Shown: positions 10,820-27,396, counted from the first letter of the stretch. The stretch is DNA of 64,000 bases from Basidiobolus meristosporus CBS 931.73 (GCA_002104905.1 MCFE01000016.1:62001-126000), one strand, 5' to 3'. Numbers and translations are program-made. The notes: generated by a model not told the origin, from the sequence alone.

Positions 10820-13105
10820 CTTCGATACTGGATTTCGGCTGGTTGGACTGGTGAGTGCTTTCTATTGTGTAGCTGACTGCGCGGAATGTAAATATATAAA
10901 TTTTAAATGAAGTGATTTTGTGCTCGGCCGACTGATCACACTGAATGAGTAGGGAATAGGCTTTGAATGATTGCCCAAGTGGTTTTCACTTGCTAATATA
11001 TAGAACTTTTCGGATGCATCAGGTAGGCAAAGCAATTATCTCCGTCATATATCCTACTGCCCTTGGCTAGCATCTAATCCAATATTGTCAACGGCCCATC
11101 AACGGATTCTGAATGCTGCCAAAACTCCTACTTTCCGCATCAAATAGACCAAGCACACATATGTCCCATAAATTACCTCGAGTGGAAATTAAAATTTTAG
11201 TGAAGTCCTGACGAGCCTTAGATTTGCTTCTTCCGGAGATATCTCACATCGTTAGTTGGACAATTTCCCGGAAGTTTCCTTCATATCTGCAATATTACAT
11301 GTCCATCAGGCCATGTGTTCTTAGAATTGACATGATGATGTTGAAACCCATGCTACTGTTTGACATCGAAAAGCAAAGTCATGTGTATCCTGAATGCCTT
11401 CAGATGCTGAACCAGTGCACCGCTATTCCTATTATATATGAATGCAATTGTAAAGCTCACCTTTCAAGGCGGTACTTCATTGCGATTGGACCGAAACCCA
11501 ATCAGAAGATTTTTTATTAAACAATTCCCAAAGTGTTTTGGTGGAGATCATTGCTTATACCTTCAACTTGAATACGAATGCCTTCAAATAAATACCCTAT
11601 AGCTATTTAAAGGTAGTGTACAGTGATCATAGTCAGATTAATAGCGGACATGATACAATGTTAACAAGAAATATAGGAGCTTCAAGATTGCTTCCTAGAA
11701 ATAGCCTTTTTGCTTGAGGTTATAAATAATTCTATTCCTTTGCTCTCGATGTTGGGTGCAAAAATTTTAGTTACTTGGGATGCATAACCCACTAAATACC
11801 TGGTAAAAACAATGCTGGTTATCCTTAAAGCAATCGTTGTGCTGCGTTTTGATATTTGCCAACAAAGTATGATGGAATGTGCTCAAACTAGTAGATTGAA
11901 ACCAGTTATAGCTAGCCCTCAAATCGTCGGACATAGACCACTCTGATCATACATCAGCTACAGAAAACGTTGGATTCATGAAACCTTAGTGATGGTGTAT
12001 TTACTCTGGTGAATGACGTAACGCAAGAAATGCGACACTTTCATGCACTTCAAATCGTCGCTTGTCTACCATACCGTTACCACCACGCCAAATTGCTATA
12101 TTGCTGCAGTTACGCAAAAAGAAAAACCTTGACTGTATGGAGTGATATTTCTGATAAGCTAAGCTCAATTTGATTTATTTCATTTCAAATTCATTGTACT
12201 CGTATTTGATAATCGATTTTCACTCTGGTTAGGCTCTACACCTGGATCAAACGTTTCATGGGGCTATGAAGAATGACCAAACATGAATTCAAGTTTTTCA
12301 TTCCAAGTTATAAATATGCGTACTTGTTCCATGTAGACCGTTTTGTATTTGCAGAGTATGGTGTTCAATCGAGATGGTATTCTAATCAGTATAGCGTAGC
12401 AGCAGTAATGGATATGGATACCCGGGTGATTCGTTTATTCGCGATGGGCTCTGGTTTCTAAATGTCATGGATAAGCGACATGACAGGATAAGGTTTTATA
12501 ATCTGCCTCTGTGCTCAAATGATTCGGCAAGAGTGGGTGTGCCTATGTTTTACAAGCATTTCCTCTATTCATATTACCTTGAATCCTAGTGATATTTACA
12601 GTTTCACGTATTTGGTTGACCACACATTGCGATGCTTATACAGCGATCCTTAATGCACCCCTTGGAAGATTTTCTCTGCTCATCGATCTCCTTAGCCATT
12701 GATTCCTATAATAAACTATCGGCGTACCACAATCATGGGCTATCAGAAATAATTGCTTATTTTGACCTTACAGCAGACATATATGAATCAATCATGTACC
12801 TTTGCAAGATCCTTCATCCCCCTCTTAAACTTAATTGGTTTAGAGTATTGTGGTGCATTGGTATCTTGTAATAACATGATCTCTATTCTATTCTTCAATT
12901 AAGGCTATATGGGTAAACGATGGGACGAGATGGAATTCTCTCAATAAACTTCTATAATTACCTCTTTTAATATTGAGTTAGATTACTATATTAAATACCC
13001 TAGTTCCTTTTACCTCGATCCCATTTTAATAGTTATTTCTAAGGCTTTCAGCAAAGCAAAGAACTAGTATCCTCCGTGTTAATCAGCTGAGTTGAATCAA
13101 GTGTA

Positions 13106-16631
<3,526 letters not shown>

Positions 16632-17029
16632 ACGCCGAGGCTTCCTACATCAAGACTAGCTGAACAAATAATAGAGCATTTATTCAAGAGGGAAATCACA
16701 ATCAACTACTGCACATCCCTCATCCCTCACTCATCACTCATCCGTCAGTTATTATTACTATTTGGGCTGACTCCATCTATAGTCGAGTGAATAATACTTT
16801 TATGATTGTTATCATCTTCCAATAAATCCATTCCTACACTCACATCAGCAGTGGAATGCAATCAGCCATAATCAACCCAAAATCACTCGTGGATCATCAG
16901 AAATCAAGTGAAAATCCTGTAAACAAACAAACATCGAAAACAGTATGGTACGTTGCTGGTGATCTGATATAACTGCCGGCTGCCTCACATTTCCTGCCGA
17001 ACTAATACATTTATTCAAGCCTACCTAAT

Positions 17030-18520
17030 ATGCCGGAGCCAGGAACTCTGTTCTTTCCAGACGATTACACACCAGACACGTTCAAGCTTATTGAAATTCC
17101 GCCTAGCGTAGAAGATCAAATAGAAGAATGTCAGCAATCAGGCTTCACCATCAAGTAAGTGGGATGTCTACCACAAGGAGAATAAGATATCCATCTTACT
17201 CTTCGAGAAGAGGGGACTATTCTTTGACGCAATGGAATGCGCACTAAGGTGTTTCATCCTTTTTATAGCTTCTCGATTCGGGGGAGCCGGGAAGAAGAGG
17301 CAGTTTTTTGTACACCAAACGAAACTTACCAGCTGAAAGAAGTACTTACCTCGAATTCGTTGTTCGTTGTGACCCCCCAGCCGGATAAACCTGTTGCTCT
17401 AATGCACGGCGCCATTACCGATGGAACTGTTCCATATCAGATTGTAGATAAACTTAATTCGGTTGTCGAGCTGATTCAAATTCCTCCAAAACTGAGCAAA
17501 CTGTCACAACTGCTCTGTACTACTCTTTATCAAGGGCCAAGCATCGATTCAGAAGTTACAGCCAAGCAGGTATGGTACCATTGGCAGCTTAGCAGCACAT
17601 GGTTGAATGGCTAACATGTTTTCCAAGACTCTATATCGATGGGAAGATTTGCAAGCACTTGTTCAAGCTAGTGATGAAGAGATAAGATGCGGTCTGAAGG
17701 AAATAAATGCGATTTGCATAGAGGGTATGTTCAAACGTTCGATTCTTGACAATATGGTGGGAATATTCTAATGTACTATTGCCAAGGCTACTGGAGAATG
17801 ATAGACCCGCGGTATCTGTCGGTTGTATTGGAATTGATCCTTAGTCTGATCCACGCGGAGGAGCTGAATTTAGAAGCACTCGAACCAACTCGGTTTACGA
17901 AAGAGCTAGTTGACGCTGAAATCCCCGAGTTCATTGTAACACATTGTTTGATCAATTTCTCGAACCCAAACTCAGGTAGGAGCTCATCCCACACCATTTT
18001 TGACTCCACCGCCAATCTTTTATTTTACCAATAGATGATACACTGAGTTTGGACAAGAAGAAAGTAAGCCGGTTCATTGGGGAATGTTTATTAGAAGAGC
18101 GAAAAGATCAGAAATGGCCTGAAGCCATATTTATGGATACATGGCAAAAGAAAGTGGAAACTTTCCCGGTTGATCTCAACTTACTTCAGGTATGTGCCAG
18201 GAATACATTATATGCCTTTGGAGTCTCCAGTTTTGCTCACTCTTTCTCGACGGATTGCATAGGGTCTCTATTATACTGAAGTGGCTGTAAATAGAGAGCG
18301 TTACATCACCTACTTCCCAAGTTCCTCACTTCCGTTAGATCCAGCTGCCCGATTCCGACAGTTGTTTTTATTGAAACCCAAGTGGGAGGCACATGAGATT
18401 CTCCCATTTATATCTGACCTTGCACTAGGAAAGAAGCGAGATGCCCTCTTGTTGAAATACACACGCACCGTGACCAATGGTGGAGTAACTTCATACACTA
18501 GCCGACAAAGATTGATGTAG
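17030..18520 (+). CDS. DCC1: Sister chromatid cohesion protein DCC1 (multi-exon)
   Basis: FKLIEIP, IRGSREEEAVFCTPNETYQLKEVLTSNSLF, LQALVQASDEEIRCGL, GYWRMID, YFPSSSLPLDPAARFRQLFLLKPKW...PFISDL...LLLKYTR. Confidence 0.88.
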
Positions 18521-19071
18521 TTTGGATTAATTATTCTCGATCACATACATAGCCATTTCCCTTACTATTACTCGACACCATACTCAATAAAAGAACATCT
18601 ACCAAGGGCATTGGCGCACTTCCTTCTCTGGCCTAGATGATCTTTAAAGCCTCGTACACCAGACTCATTTTCTGGATCTCCTAATGTGCATTACTTAAAC
18701 ACATCTTGTTATTATCAAATATCCGATTGAAGCTTGATAGTTAATAAAGTTAACACGGAAGCTCCAGGAAAAAGTACGTGATAGACAGTTGTATTTCTAA
18801 ACCACTCCAGTAGCCGAGTGGTATTCAGACGGCTTTGCATTCCATGGTGAAAGAGACTTTTTGAACATCGTTCACTTGTCCATGTCAATGCTGAACACAC
18901 ACGAGCAATATTTATACGACATAATGGACCTTGTACGGCCGCCACAAACATGTTATTGAATTGGAGTGTGTACAACAGTCGTTTTATTCATTGAGGATTC
19001 AATCAGGGATCAAGAATTGGCAAACATTCCTTCATTTATCAGTACTGTACAGTGGTTTGGATGAAGCTTGG

Positions 19072-19869
19072 TTACTTGAGTACCACAGCAGCATTACGCG
19101 CACCTAGATAATCTTGAACCGCGCCTGTAGTCATGTTCTTGATTACGCCGTAGATTTCAGCTGAGTGATAGCGAAGGCTAGTTTTAGGGTCCGTGTACTT
19201 TCCCTATTGCAGAAATCCATGTAAGCACTGAAGAAAACATAGAGATATGAACTAAAGATATACCTCGAGACCAGTAATATCGCAATATTTTTTTTGTGGA
19301 ATAACTGAGGGCGGAGCTTCTAAGCTAGAATCTGACATCAAAAGTCATCAGCACGTAGAATAAACAGAGTGGTGATAACCTACCAAAGGGTACTTACAAG
19401 TAGGGTAGTCCGCAGGGATAGGTAGAGTTTTTTCTGCAGAAAGGACTTGTTTTAAGGTCTTGAACTTCTTGCTGGGCTTGTATTTGGGGTTTTTGAAGGG
19501 CTTTTTGACAGCCAAAATGTTCATAATGTTGAGTTCGTCTTTCTCGTCGAATTCCTCATCGCCACGATTCGTGTCTTTCTCCTTGTGCTTAACGCTGGAT
19601 TCTTTCTTTTCCCTTTTCCTTGGGGGAGTGGATTCTTCCTCTGATTCTTCCTCCTGGAAATGAGGTAAAATTGGTTAAGATCCCGCTGCAACCATATAAA
19701 GATAGTCCTCTGGCCCATGAGTCGTATTTTGATAAACGTTTTTGCTTTCCAGAAAGGAACATTCCGAACTATCATCACTCATACATACTTCGATTGCCCT
19801 TCTGTTCGCGGTAGAGCGACGCGTAAGTAGGCGTCTTGGTGAGTCATCTACCCTTACATTCTCTTCCAT
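19072..19869 (-). CDS. IES6: INO80 complex subunit Ies6 (YL1-C domain), multi-exon
   Basis: KPFKNPKY...KTLKQVL, then IEAPPSVIPQKKYCDITGLEGKYTDPKTSLRYHSAEIY...VQDYLGARNAAVVLK* read manually. The N-terminus is acidic/basic and of low complexity; the start codon is less certain. Confidence 0.85.
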
Positions 19870-20749
19870 TTTTGCTGCCTCCGCGCTCTAAAAAGATAAG
19901 AGAACGGTTGAATTAAGCGCTACTCTGTGAACCCCCACAACACATTATATGTACCCTCGTACTAGCTCTCCTTGTGGGTGTTCGCTTTACCCTAATATTT
20001 GCGAGGGAATGAAGTTAATGCTTCACATTGGCAGTGTAAAGAAGTTAGGTGAACGAAGTTACATATTTCTCGAAGATATTACAAAGTAGAGCCGTGATGC
20101 AAACATGCGCTTTTTGAAATGTATATATACTCCAGTCAGCTTGAAAAATCGTGGTTGAAATCATTTGATAACTTGATTAAAGTACTGTCACATCTTATGC
20201 AAATTTTATCAAGTCGGTTTTTCCACGATTCTGAGTTCGCATCTCATCAGAATTTCCTTGCCTCTGAAAAATGATCATCATAAGTATACCCTATACGTCA
20301 ATGATAGTTCTCAAGAAGCTAGCATGAGGAGCCACTACTATGATGGGATATCAGCTAAATCTGCCATGAAAGCAGTGGATAAAGAAATTCCCATGTGGCC
20401 GCTCTCTTGTACGCAACCTCAGGACAATAACCTATTTTCGTTACAGTAGACGGCGTGACTTGTCATTGTGATCTGACAATTGACCGATTGTATAGTACCA
20501 ACATATCATGGACAATATCCATGCTACTATTACAATTCAAATATCTCCAAGCAAATTTAATAAAATCCATAACTTATTTGTTTGTGGGTGTCGTGGAGCA
20601 TCTAGGAAGCTTGTGGCATATGATGGAAAGTTAATGTAGCGAGGCATGTGAATCCAACTATGTGCTCTCTAGGCATATATGAGATTTGCGAAGAAACATT
20701 GAACAGGACTTCTAGCAAAGTGATGTCTTCAGGCATTTGGGTTGGTAGC

Positions 20750-21673
20750 TTAATTGGATATGATGGTGGTATTTCTAATCTCTTGAACGTATCGTGGGTA
20801 CGCGCCCAATACAATTACTTCGGAAGCGAATTCCTTCAAGTTGTCTACTGCTCTTTCAACCAAGGGATCGGTTTCGGCCGCTCCGTCTATGTCAATGTAA
20901 ATGATGTATTCCCAAGGTGCGGAGTAGCTAATTGTCCTGGTTGAAGGACGAGATTCGATCTTTAATACATTAATATCCCTCATCGCAAAGCTGCCCAAAG
21001 TCTTGAATAATGCGCCTGGTTTGTTAGGCATAATTACGGCAAATGATGTTTTCGGCATCATATGACGCTCTGGCCTTATGGGATCTTTCGAAATCAAGAA
21101 ATATCTAGTAAATGTATTTGGATTTGCTTCGATACCCGTAGCTAATACTTCCAGGTCATACAAACGAGCTGCCTGCTGGGAGGCAATTGCAGCCAGCGTA
21201 CGTTCACCTTTTTCTGCCACCATACTGGCACAATCGGCCGTGCTCAAGCCCTGTGCTAATACAATAGAGGGGCCGTTCGGTAAGGAGTAAAGGTAATCTT
21301 TGCATTGCTCCAATACATGCACATGACTCATGACCTCAGTGATATCTTCCAGTGAAGTACCCGGCAAAGCAACCAAACAGTATGGTTCATGAAACACATA
21401 TTCGCCAACCACATGGAGTCGAGGTTTGAGTTGAAGAAGCTTATCGAAGTTTGCGTGCATGGTACCAGAAAGAGAGTTTTCTACAGGAAGTATAGCCTGA
21501 TGAATATCACCACACTGAACAGCAGCAAACATTGTGGCTAGCTTGTCAAATGGGATAGTCTCAAAAGAACTTCCACGAAAACTAGCCTGGTTATCAAATA
21601 GATGTCGGGCCGCGTTGTCCGCGTATGCTCCCCTTGCTCCTTGGAAGCCGATTAGTACGGTTCTGTTAGACAT
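20750..21673 (-). CDS. PHA2: Prephenate/arogenate dehydratase with ACT domain (single exon)
   Basis: IGFQGARGAY, ILPVENSLSG, EVMSHVHVLEQC, TFTRYFLIS (TRF-like motif), ACT domain PNKPGALFKTLGSFAMRDINVLKIESRP...WEYIIYID...VLGAYP. Confidence 0.9.
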   Translation of the reverse strand: MSNRTVLIGFQGARGAYADNAARHLFDNQASFRGSSFETIPFDKLATMFAAVQCGDIHQAILPVENSLSGTMHANFDKLLQLKPRLHVVGEYVFHEPYCLVALPGTSLEDITEVMSHVHVLEQCKDYLYSLPNGPSIVLAQGLSTADCASMVAEKGERTLAAIASQQAARLYDLEVLATGIEANPNTFTRYFLISKDPIRPERHMMPKTSFAVIMPNKPGALFKTLGSFAMRDINVLKIESRPSTRTISYSAPWEYIIYIDIDGAAETDPLVERAVDNLKEFASEVIVLGAYPRYVQEIRNTTIISN

Positions 21674-22305
21674 TGTTAGCAATCGCAGCCGTGGAGGTAG
21701 AATAAAATGCTGTTGAGCCTACGCAGGTCGTTTTAGCTTCGTTCATAGCTGGTACTATTGCCATCATATGATCTGTGGCACGATGAATCATAAAGTGTCG
21801 ATGTGTATTTAAGAGTGGCTGAGAGCATATTTCGGGGATCAATATACGTATATCTCCTTAAAATCCCACCCCCAGTTATCTCGGATTTAGAAACTCCCAT
21901 ATCACCAGAAACGCTATGTCATCTTTGTCAAACTCCCAGAATCTGTAGTACCAGTCGCGTGTTGATCAATTACTATAATCTGAATCACTTGGATTTGATT
22001 TTCAAATGAATCGCCACAGCTCTACACTTGTAGTATCCTGATTGCGCAGATGTGCACCAGCCCAAGCGTGTCTTTTCCTTCATAAAATCTATGTATTTAC
22101 TTGCCTCAAATAGAATGAGTCTGCTCAAATGAAAATCAGTAACTAAAACGATATTTATCATACCAACTGTTATCTCTTTTCGTTCAGTACATGTTGCTGT
22201 CAATCCAAATATTACCTCAAAAATCCGATTTTATTCAGAACTTCAGTTAATGAGAATATTCAGCATTGACTAACAGAAGCATCTAGTTGATTACTATTCA
22301 AATGC

Positions 22306-23035
22306 TTACTTTGGCAACATTGCCTTGTACTTTTCCATTCTAGCTTGCATTTCCGCAGTATCATTGACATGAGGGAAAGGCTCATCAGGAACGGGCTTGC
22401 CGAGGAACTTGCAAAGGGGCTCCCAGCCTTCCTTAACTTCGAAGACAAGAAGCTTATTCGCAGGTACAACTCGCTTCACTTCTTCAATGTGACTTTTGAA
22501 AAGCTCAATCACCCACTCCTTATCCTCGAAGCGGCCTTGGAAGCAACCAGTCGGTCCCCAAACAGTTGCATCAATTGCAGCAATCATATCATTCATTTTT
22601 TCGAGCTCACCCTCAAGCTTCAAGCCTTTTGTCATCATACTAAACTTATACACGGTATCGTAGCAGCTTTTATACCACTTCTCAGGATCCCGAACTGTCA
22701 AGAGAACTTTAGCATCTGGGTACTTCTTCATCAAATCCTTGTACCACCAAAATGAAGGACAGTCAACACTTGCGGTGTAATCTTCAAAGATCTTGTCCCA
22801 GTTAGGTTTTCCTTCAAACTGTATTAGTATGCTGTTCATTTCGTGTAAAGAAGAAGCTGGAATATGTACCAGCAACGACGTCAATCCAAAGAGGACCTTG
22901 AACGTCAGGGTTCTTTCCCACCTCGACCATATGATGGGTGTTGTAGCCAAGCTTGTCAAGGGCGGTTTTCGTGGACAAAGTTCCAGTACGGCAGAAGCCG
23001 GCACCTATGACTTCAAGTCTGCTAGAGTTGGCCAT
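22306..23035 (-). CDS. Sulfotransferase-like P-loop protein (Sulfotransfer_4 type), paralog 1, 2 exons
   Basis: VIGAGFCRTGTLSTKTALDKLGYNTHHM, ASVDCPSF, YPDAKVLLTVRDPEKWYKS, LLVFEVKEGWEPLCKFLGKPVPDEPFPHVND. Confidence 0.85.
22344..22548 (-). repeat. 205-bp inverted repeat, arm 1 (partner 24738-24942)
   Basis: Manual base-by-base comparison: the reverse complement matches 24738-24942 with only 3 mismatches in 205 bp. Confidence 0.92.
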
Positions 23036-24231
23036 GATAGAGAGATGATTTTCTGGTGAAAGCTAGGGATTTACCGCGTATTATATAGACGAACCGCTGG
23101 ATAGACCCTTGTTGGTCATGTCAATGTAAATACTAGGGTATAGGACTTGTTCATCAGTGTTTGCACTAGACGGCATTGCTTTTCGTTGATCAATTTCACA
23201 ATTTAGGATAATGACCTGTCTTGGTGCCATCCGTAGTAACTTGACAATAATACAGTAATAATTTACAGACAAGAATACTTGATTAACCATATGCGAGTAC
23301 AGGTTTCATTCCCATTGGAGTTGCGAACCATTATAACATATGGCGAAAGCAACGACGTTGGACTTTATCTGATTCAAATAATAATAATTGTTTTATAAGG
23401 AGATTGTGCTTATTTTTTATCAGATCTAAACCTGTTTGTTAAGAAACTACATTCTATTTGACCTTCTGCATATGTGTGCTTTTATCCGGGTCAATAATGG
23501 CTACATCTCCATGTAGGCCATTATTAATCGGATAATATCTGTATATACAATTGCTCATCACCTATAAGCCTAGTGTATTCTTCGTTTTTCATTCTTCATA
23601 GTCAGAATAAAGAACAAGCCTTGTTCCAATCAGTTGAAAAGCTCCAATAAGTGCCTAACTCCCCTTCAGTACGTGTCTTGTAATTGGATAGCTACCGGAC
23701 AATGATGGAGCGCTCATATGACCTTGTTGACTGGGTCACTTTATAGCCAATAAAATCGAAATCCTGACAATTCAATTGTCGCATAATCTGCAACTTGGTT
23801 GATGTATCATAACCCAATCACATCAGATAGCGCAAGATGTCGCTGCAGCGCAATTGTGTACCTTACAAACTATTGTCCTGACTGGATTCTCGATCTTTTC
23901 GTGCCCCTATGAAGACAATACTTACCAAATAGCATGATTAAAGATGAGACATCCACAGTCTTGCGGGAAAATGGTACCTCAAATATGCTTTCTCGGGCAT
24001 ACTTGACGTTAACGGGCCGAGCAAGCACCGCTTCACATTTGTATCGTGGGGATAACCATCAGTAGGTGCTGGATTAATTTGTAGAACATGATCAAATGAG
24101 ATTTACTATTTTATGTAATAGCATGACGTTTTGTAAAATGTCTTAACTGATTGTTACGTTTACGTACACGGAAACAGTAGTATTTAAGGCGACCGAAATT
24201 TGGATTGGTGTTTATCGCTATTCTTCTCACC

Positions 24232-25010
24232 ATGCCTACTGAAAACACTCTAGATGTCATCGGCGCCGGCTTTGGACGTACCGGCACATTAACCATGAAG
24301 GTTGCGCTTGAAAAGCTGGGATATCCTACCTTTCATATGATTGAAGGAGTGATGAACCCATCCCGCTACGCCCCTCTTTGGGTTGAGGTCACTCAAGGTA
24401 AAAGGGTTATTAAAGCTCATTCAGCGACGCTCCCTCTCACCATCATCATATCGTCTCTGATCATCACCTAGGAAAGCCAAATTGGGATAAGATCTTTGAA
24501 GGTTTTAAAGCCACAGTTGACAATCCAGCCTGCTGGTGGTATAAGGACCTGATGAAGAAATACCCGGATGCCAAGGTTGTGCTCACAGTCCGCGATCCTG
24601 AAAAGTGGTATAAAAGCTGCTACGATACAGTGTTTACCTTACACAAGGTCATGAACAAAGCCATTGAGCTTGGCAGTGCCGATGAACGGGCATTGCAAAT
24701 AGCTGATCTGGTCAATTCTACAGTTTGGGGGCCAACAGGTTGCTTCCAAGGCCGCTTCGAGGATAAGGAGTGGATGATTGAGCTTTTCAAAAGTCACATT
24801 GAAGAAGTGAAGCGAGTAGTACCTGCGGATAAGCTTCTTGTCTTCGAAGTTAAGGAAGGCTGGGAGCCCCTTTGCAAGTTCCTCGGCAAGCCCGTTCCTG
24901 ATGAGCCTTTCCCTCATGTCAATGATACTGCGGAAATGCAAGGTAGAATTGACGAAATGTTGAACGGTTTTCCTGCTGAAATCAGGAAACAGATTGAGGA
25001 GCAACTCTAA
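24232..25010 (+). CDS. Sulfotransferase-like P-loop protein (Sulfotransfer_4 type), paralog 2, 2 exons
   Basis: VIGAGFGRTGTLTMKVALEKLGYPTFHM, ATVDNPAC, YPDAKVVLTVRDPEKWYKS, EGWEPLCKFLG. The intron is at the same codon position as in paralog 1. Confidence 0.85.
24738..24942 (+). repeat. 205-bp inverted repeat, arm 2 (partner 22344-22548)
   Basis: Same comparison as arm 1: differences are TGGATG/TGGGTG, GTA/GTT and GAT/AAT. Confidence 0.92.
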
Positions 25011-25537
25011 TTCATATCCGAAATTTGTCATGGCTGATTTCGATATTTTCGGGAACCATCGTTTTCTCCATTAGGCAAGAGATTCACATAGCCATTACTG
25101 TTGCGAACACCCCACTATGGTAATTTCTTCATGTTTATTTTGGGTTAGCGACTTCCTCAGTTGGTGTATGCGGGTATAGCCCCAACTTGTTCTGAAACAG
25201 TTTGGTTTCTGCTTCATTCAATTTGACAAGTTTTAAACGTCAACCCGGTAATAAAAGCAAGTAATATTAAATTAGCAACCTATTTTTTGACAGCACGGAA
25301 GAATATTCAAAAGATGGAGGATATCCGTTCTGCCGGTCAGCAGGAAGTATTGTCACTGGTGCTTTCACTTTATCAAGTTTTGGATTAGCTATATACATTA
25401 ACGCTAAAAATTGACGTTTTCTCTTCTACCAAAAGTCTTTAAAGAATCGTTTCAAAATAGAAATACTAGAAATAAAATTGGTGAGAAGACATGATAATGG
25501 AGCTTTGCTTTTGACATTAGGTTTGGGGTTATTAATG

Positions 25538-26472
25538 TTAAGCCAGTCGGTGTTTTCTCTCAACGTACCATCCATATAGATCCCAAAATATGGATGTTAC
25601 GGTGGCTACGAAGGTCAAAAAGGCGAAAAAGATGCTTGTGTTGAAGAAATCACACCAGCCATCCAATTTTCCAACTGGGCAATGATTCTTGGCAATAAGA
25701 AAAACCACGTCAAAGCCCCAACATACACCAAGGACTATATCAGCGATAAGTAGCCATTTACGCGGAACTTTAGAGCCATTTCTGACTTTTCGGTTTAACA
25801 TATTGAGTAGGAAATATACGTGTGCAATGATGGAAACTGCCGACCAAATATAAAGAAATATAATGGCAGATTTATCAGCAAACGGCGTAGCCCTTCCTGA
25901 ATACTATTTCCTGCGTTAGTAATTTTTGTCGAGTGAATAAACTCAAGAAACACACTTACAGGTCCGGCGCCCACGCTAAAGCCAAAGGCACCAATACTTC
26001 CGATAAGACCGATAAAGCGTAACAGTACTCTCCATCTATTTGGTGCTCGATTCGCGTGGAGTGGTGCCAATGGAACAGGGTTGTTGGTGCCAGCAGTTGT
26101 GATGCTCGGTACGTGGCCTAAGGTTGATGGCTTAGACGATAAAGTAGAGCTAGGAACTGTTGGTTCCTTGTGTTCGTAAGCGCTAGCACCACCATAAGTG
26201 GTTTTCGGCGGGGCAGGTGATTCTTGCGCAGATGCTGGTGGTTGGTATGAATATGCAGGGCTTTGAGCATACGGATTAGGCGTCTCAGTATTATATCTAC
26301 TTGGGATGTTGTCCGAATAGTCATAGGCATTCGGAACGTGCGGGTTAGCTTGATTTGTTGACCAGGGATTTAGATCAGAGTCGTAATTCTGAGGAGGGTA
26401 GGTAGAATCGCCACCAGCCCTTGGAGGGTATGGTGAAGGATATGAGTTATTGTCAAACGGAGTTCTTGACAT
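25538..26472 (-). CDS. Four-TM MARVEL/CASP-like membrane protein with a long P/S/Y-rich N-terminal tail, 2 exons
   Basis: About 145 aa of disordered N-terminus, then LLRFIGLIGSIGAFGF, IIFLYIWSAVSIIAHVYFL, WLLIADIVLGVCWGFDVVF and WCDFFNTSIFFAFLTF with a Cys pair in the last loop. Confidence 0.65.
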
Positions 26473-27396
26473 CTGTACAAAGGCCTAGCTAAAGGGTTAT
26501 GTTGTTAGGTTATACTTCGAAAAGCAATAGGAGTGAGCTTTTATGGCTGCAGAAGGGACTAAATTCTAACAATGGATAAAGTTTCGTATAAATAACTTTG
26601 ATGTAATGAGAAACGGTATCGGCGGGTTAGAGAAGTCGCTGTATTTTGATGGACTATGAAACATTGCTTCGACTGCTATCTTTATAAATAGGTGCTGAAT
26701 TGGCTTGTATCTACCTACCAAAATCTGATTAACAATAAATAAATGACCTGTGTAAATTGAATATTTCTAGATCACGTATTTTTGAAGCCTAATTGATAAC
26801 TTAATATGCTCATAAGACTGGGATCGATATGTATAAGCCAATCATGTTAGGCTTTCTCAAGAAAAGAGAATTTCTAGTCAACTATACTATAATAATAGGG
26901 TTAACAGGTCACACTCCATATGAGGTGCTGTTTCATAGCACCGAAAATTCATTGGCTTACTAGAGTCCGACTACATCATATTACCTTGTATTTCCCAGTT
27001 TAAGGGATAAAATGTTCGTCAACAGAAGTGAAATTCAAAATCAAATTTCGATAGAATGTGCTTTCCTGCCAAGTATCCTATGTACATATATCAGAAGGTC
27101 AATGTACTTGCTCAGCATTGCCGCGATCGCAGCACTTCTAACTAGGAATGGTAATTTTATTATGTCATTCCGCCATCACCTAATGAGGCAGCCAAGAGAT
27201 ACAATGCCTTGGCAAACTAGTTTCCTGATCTACGCATTGAGTTGCTTGGCGATCAAGTCAAAATCTGCATTTTGATTAAATTAATCATGAAGTTCCAATT
27301 CAAGTTGGAGTATTACAATTGGCAATGAATCATAACGTGTGCAGGTTAAGGATCGCATATACTGAGTATTCTTTACCAGTTGCTACAAAGTCTTAG

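Noticed and set aside
11750-11864. TGTTGG...CCAACA bounded segment
   Set aside because: Only 115 bp long and the flanks differ (CTCGA versus AAGTA), so there is no TSD.
11224-12871. Short ORFs upstream of PMR1
   Set aside because: Compositionally random translations with no domain evidence.
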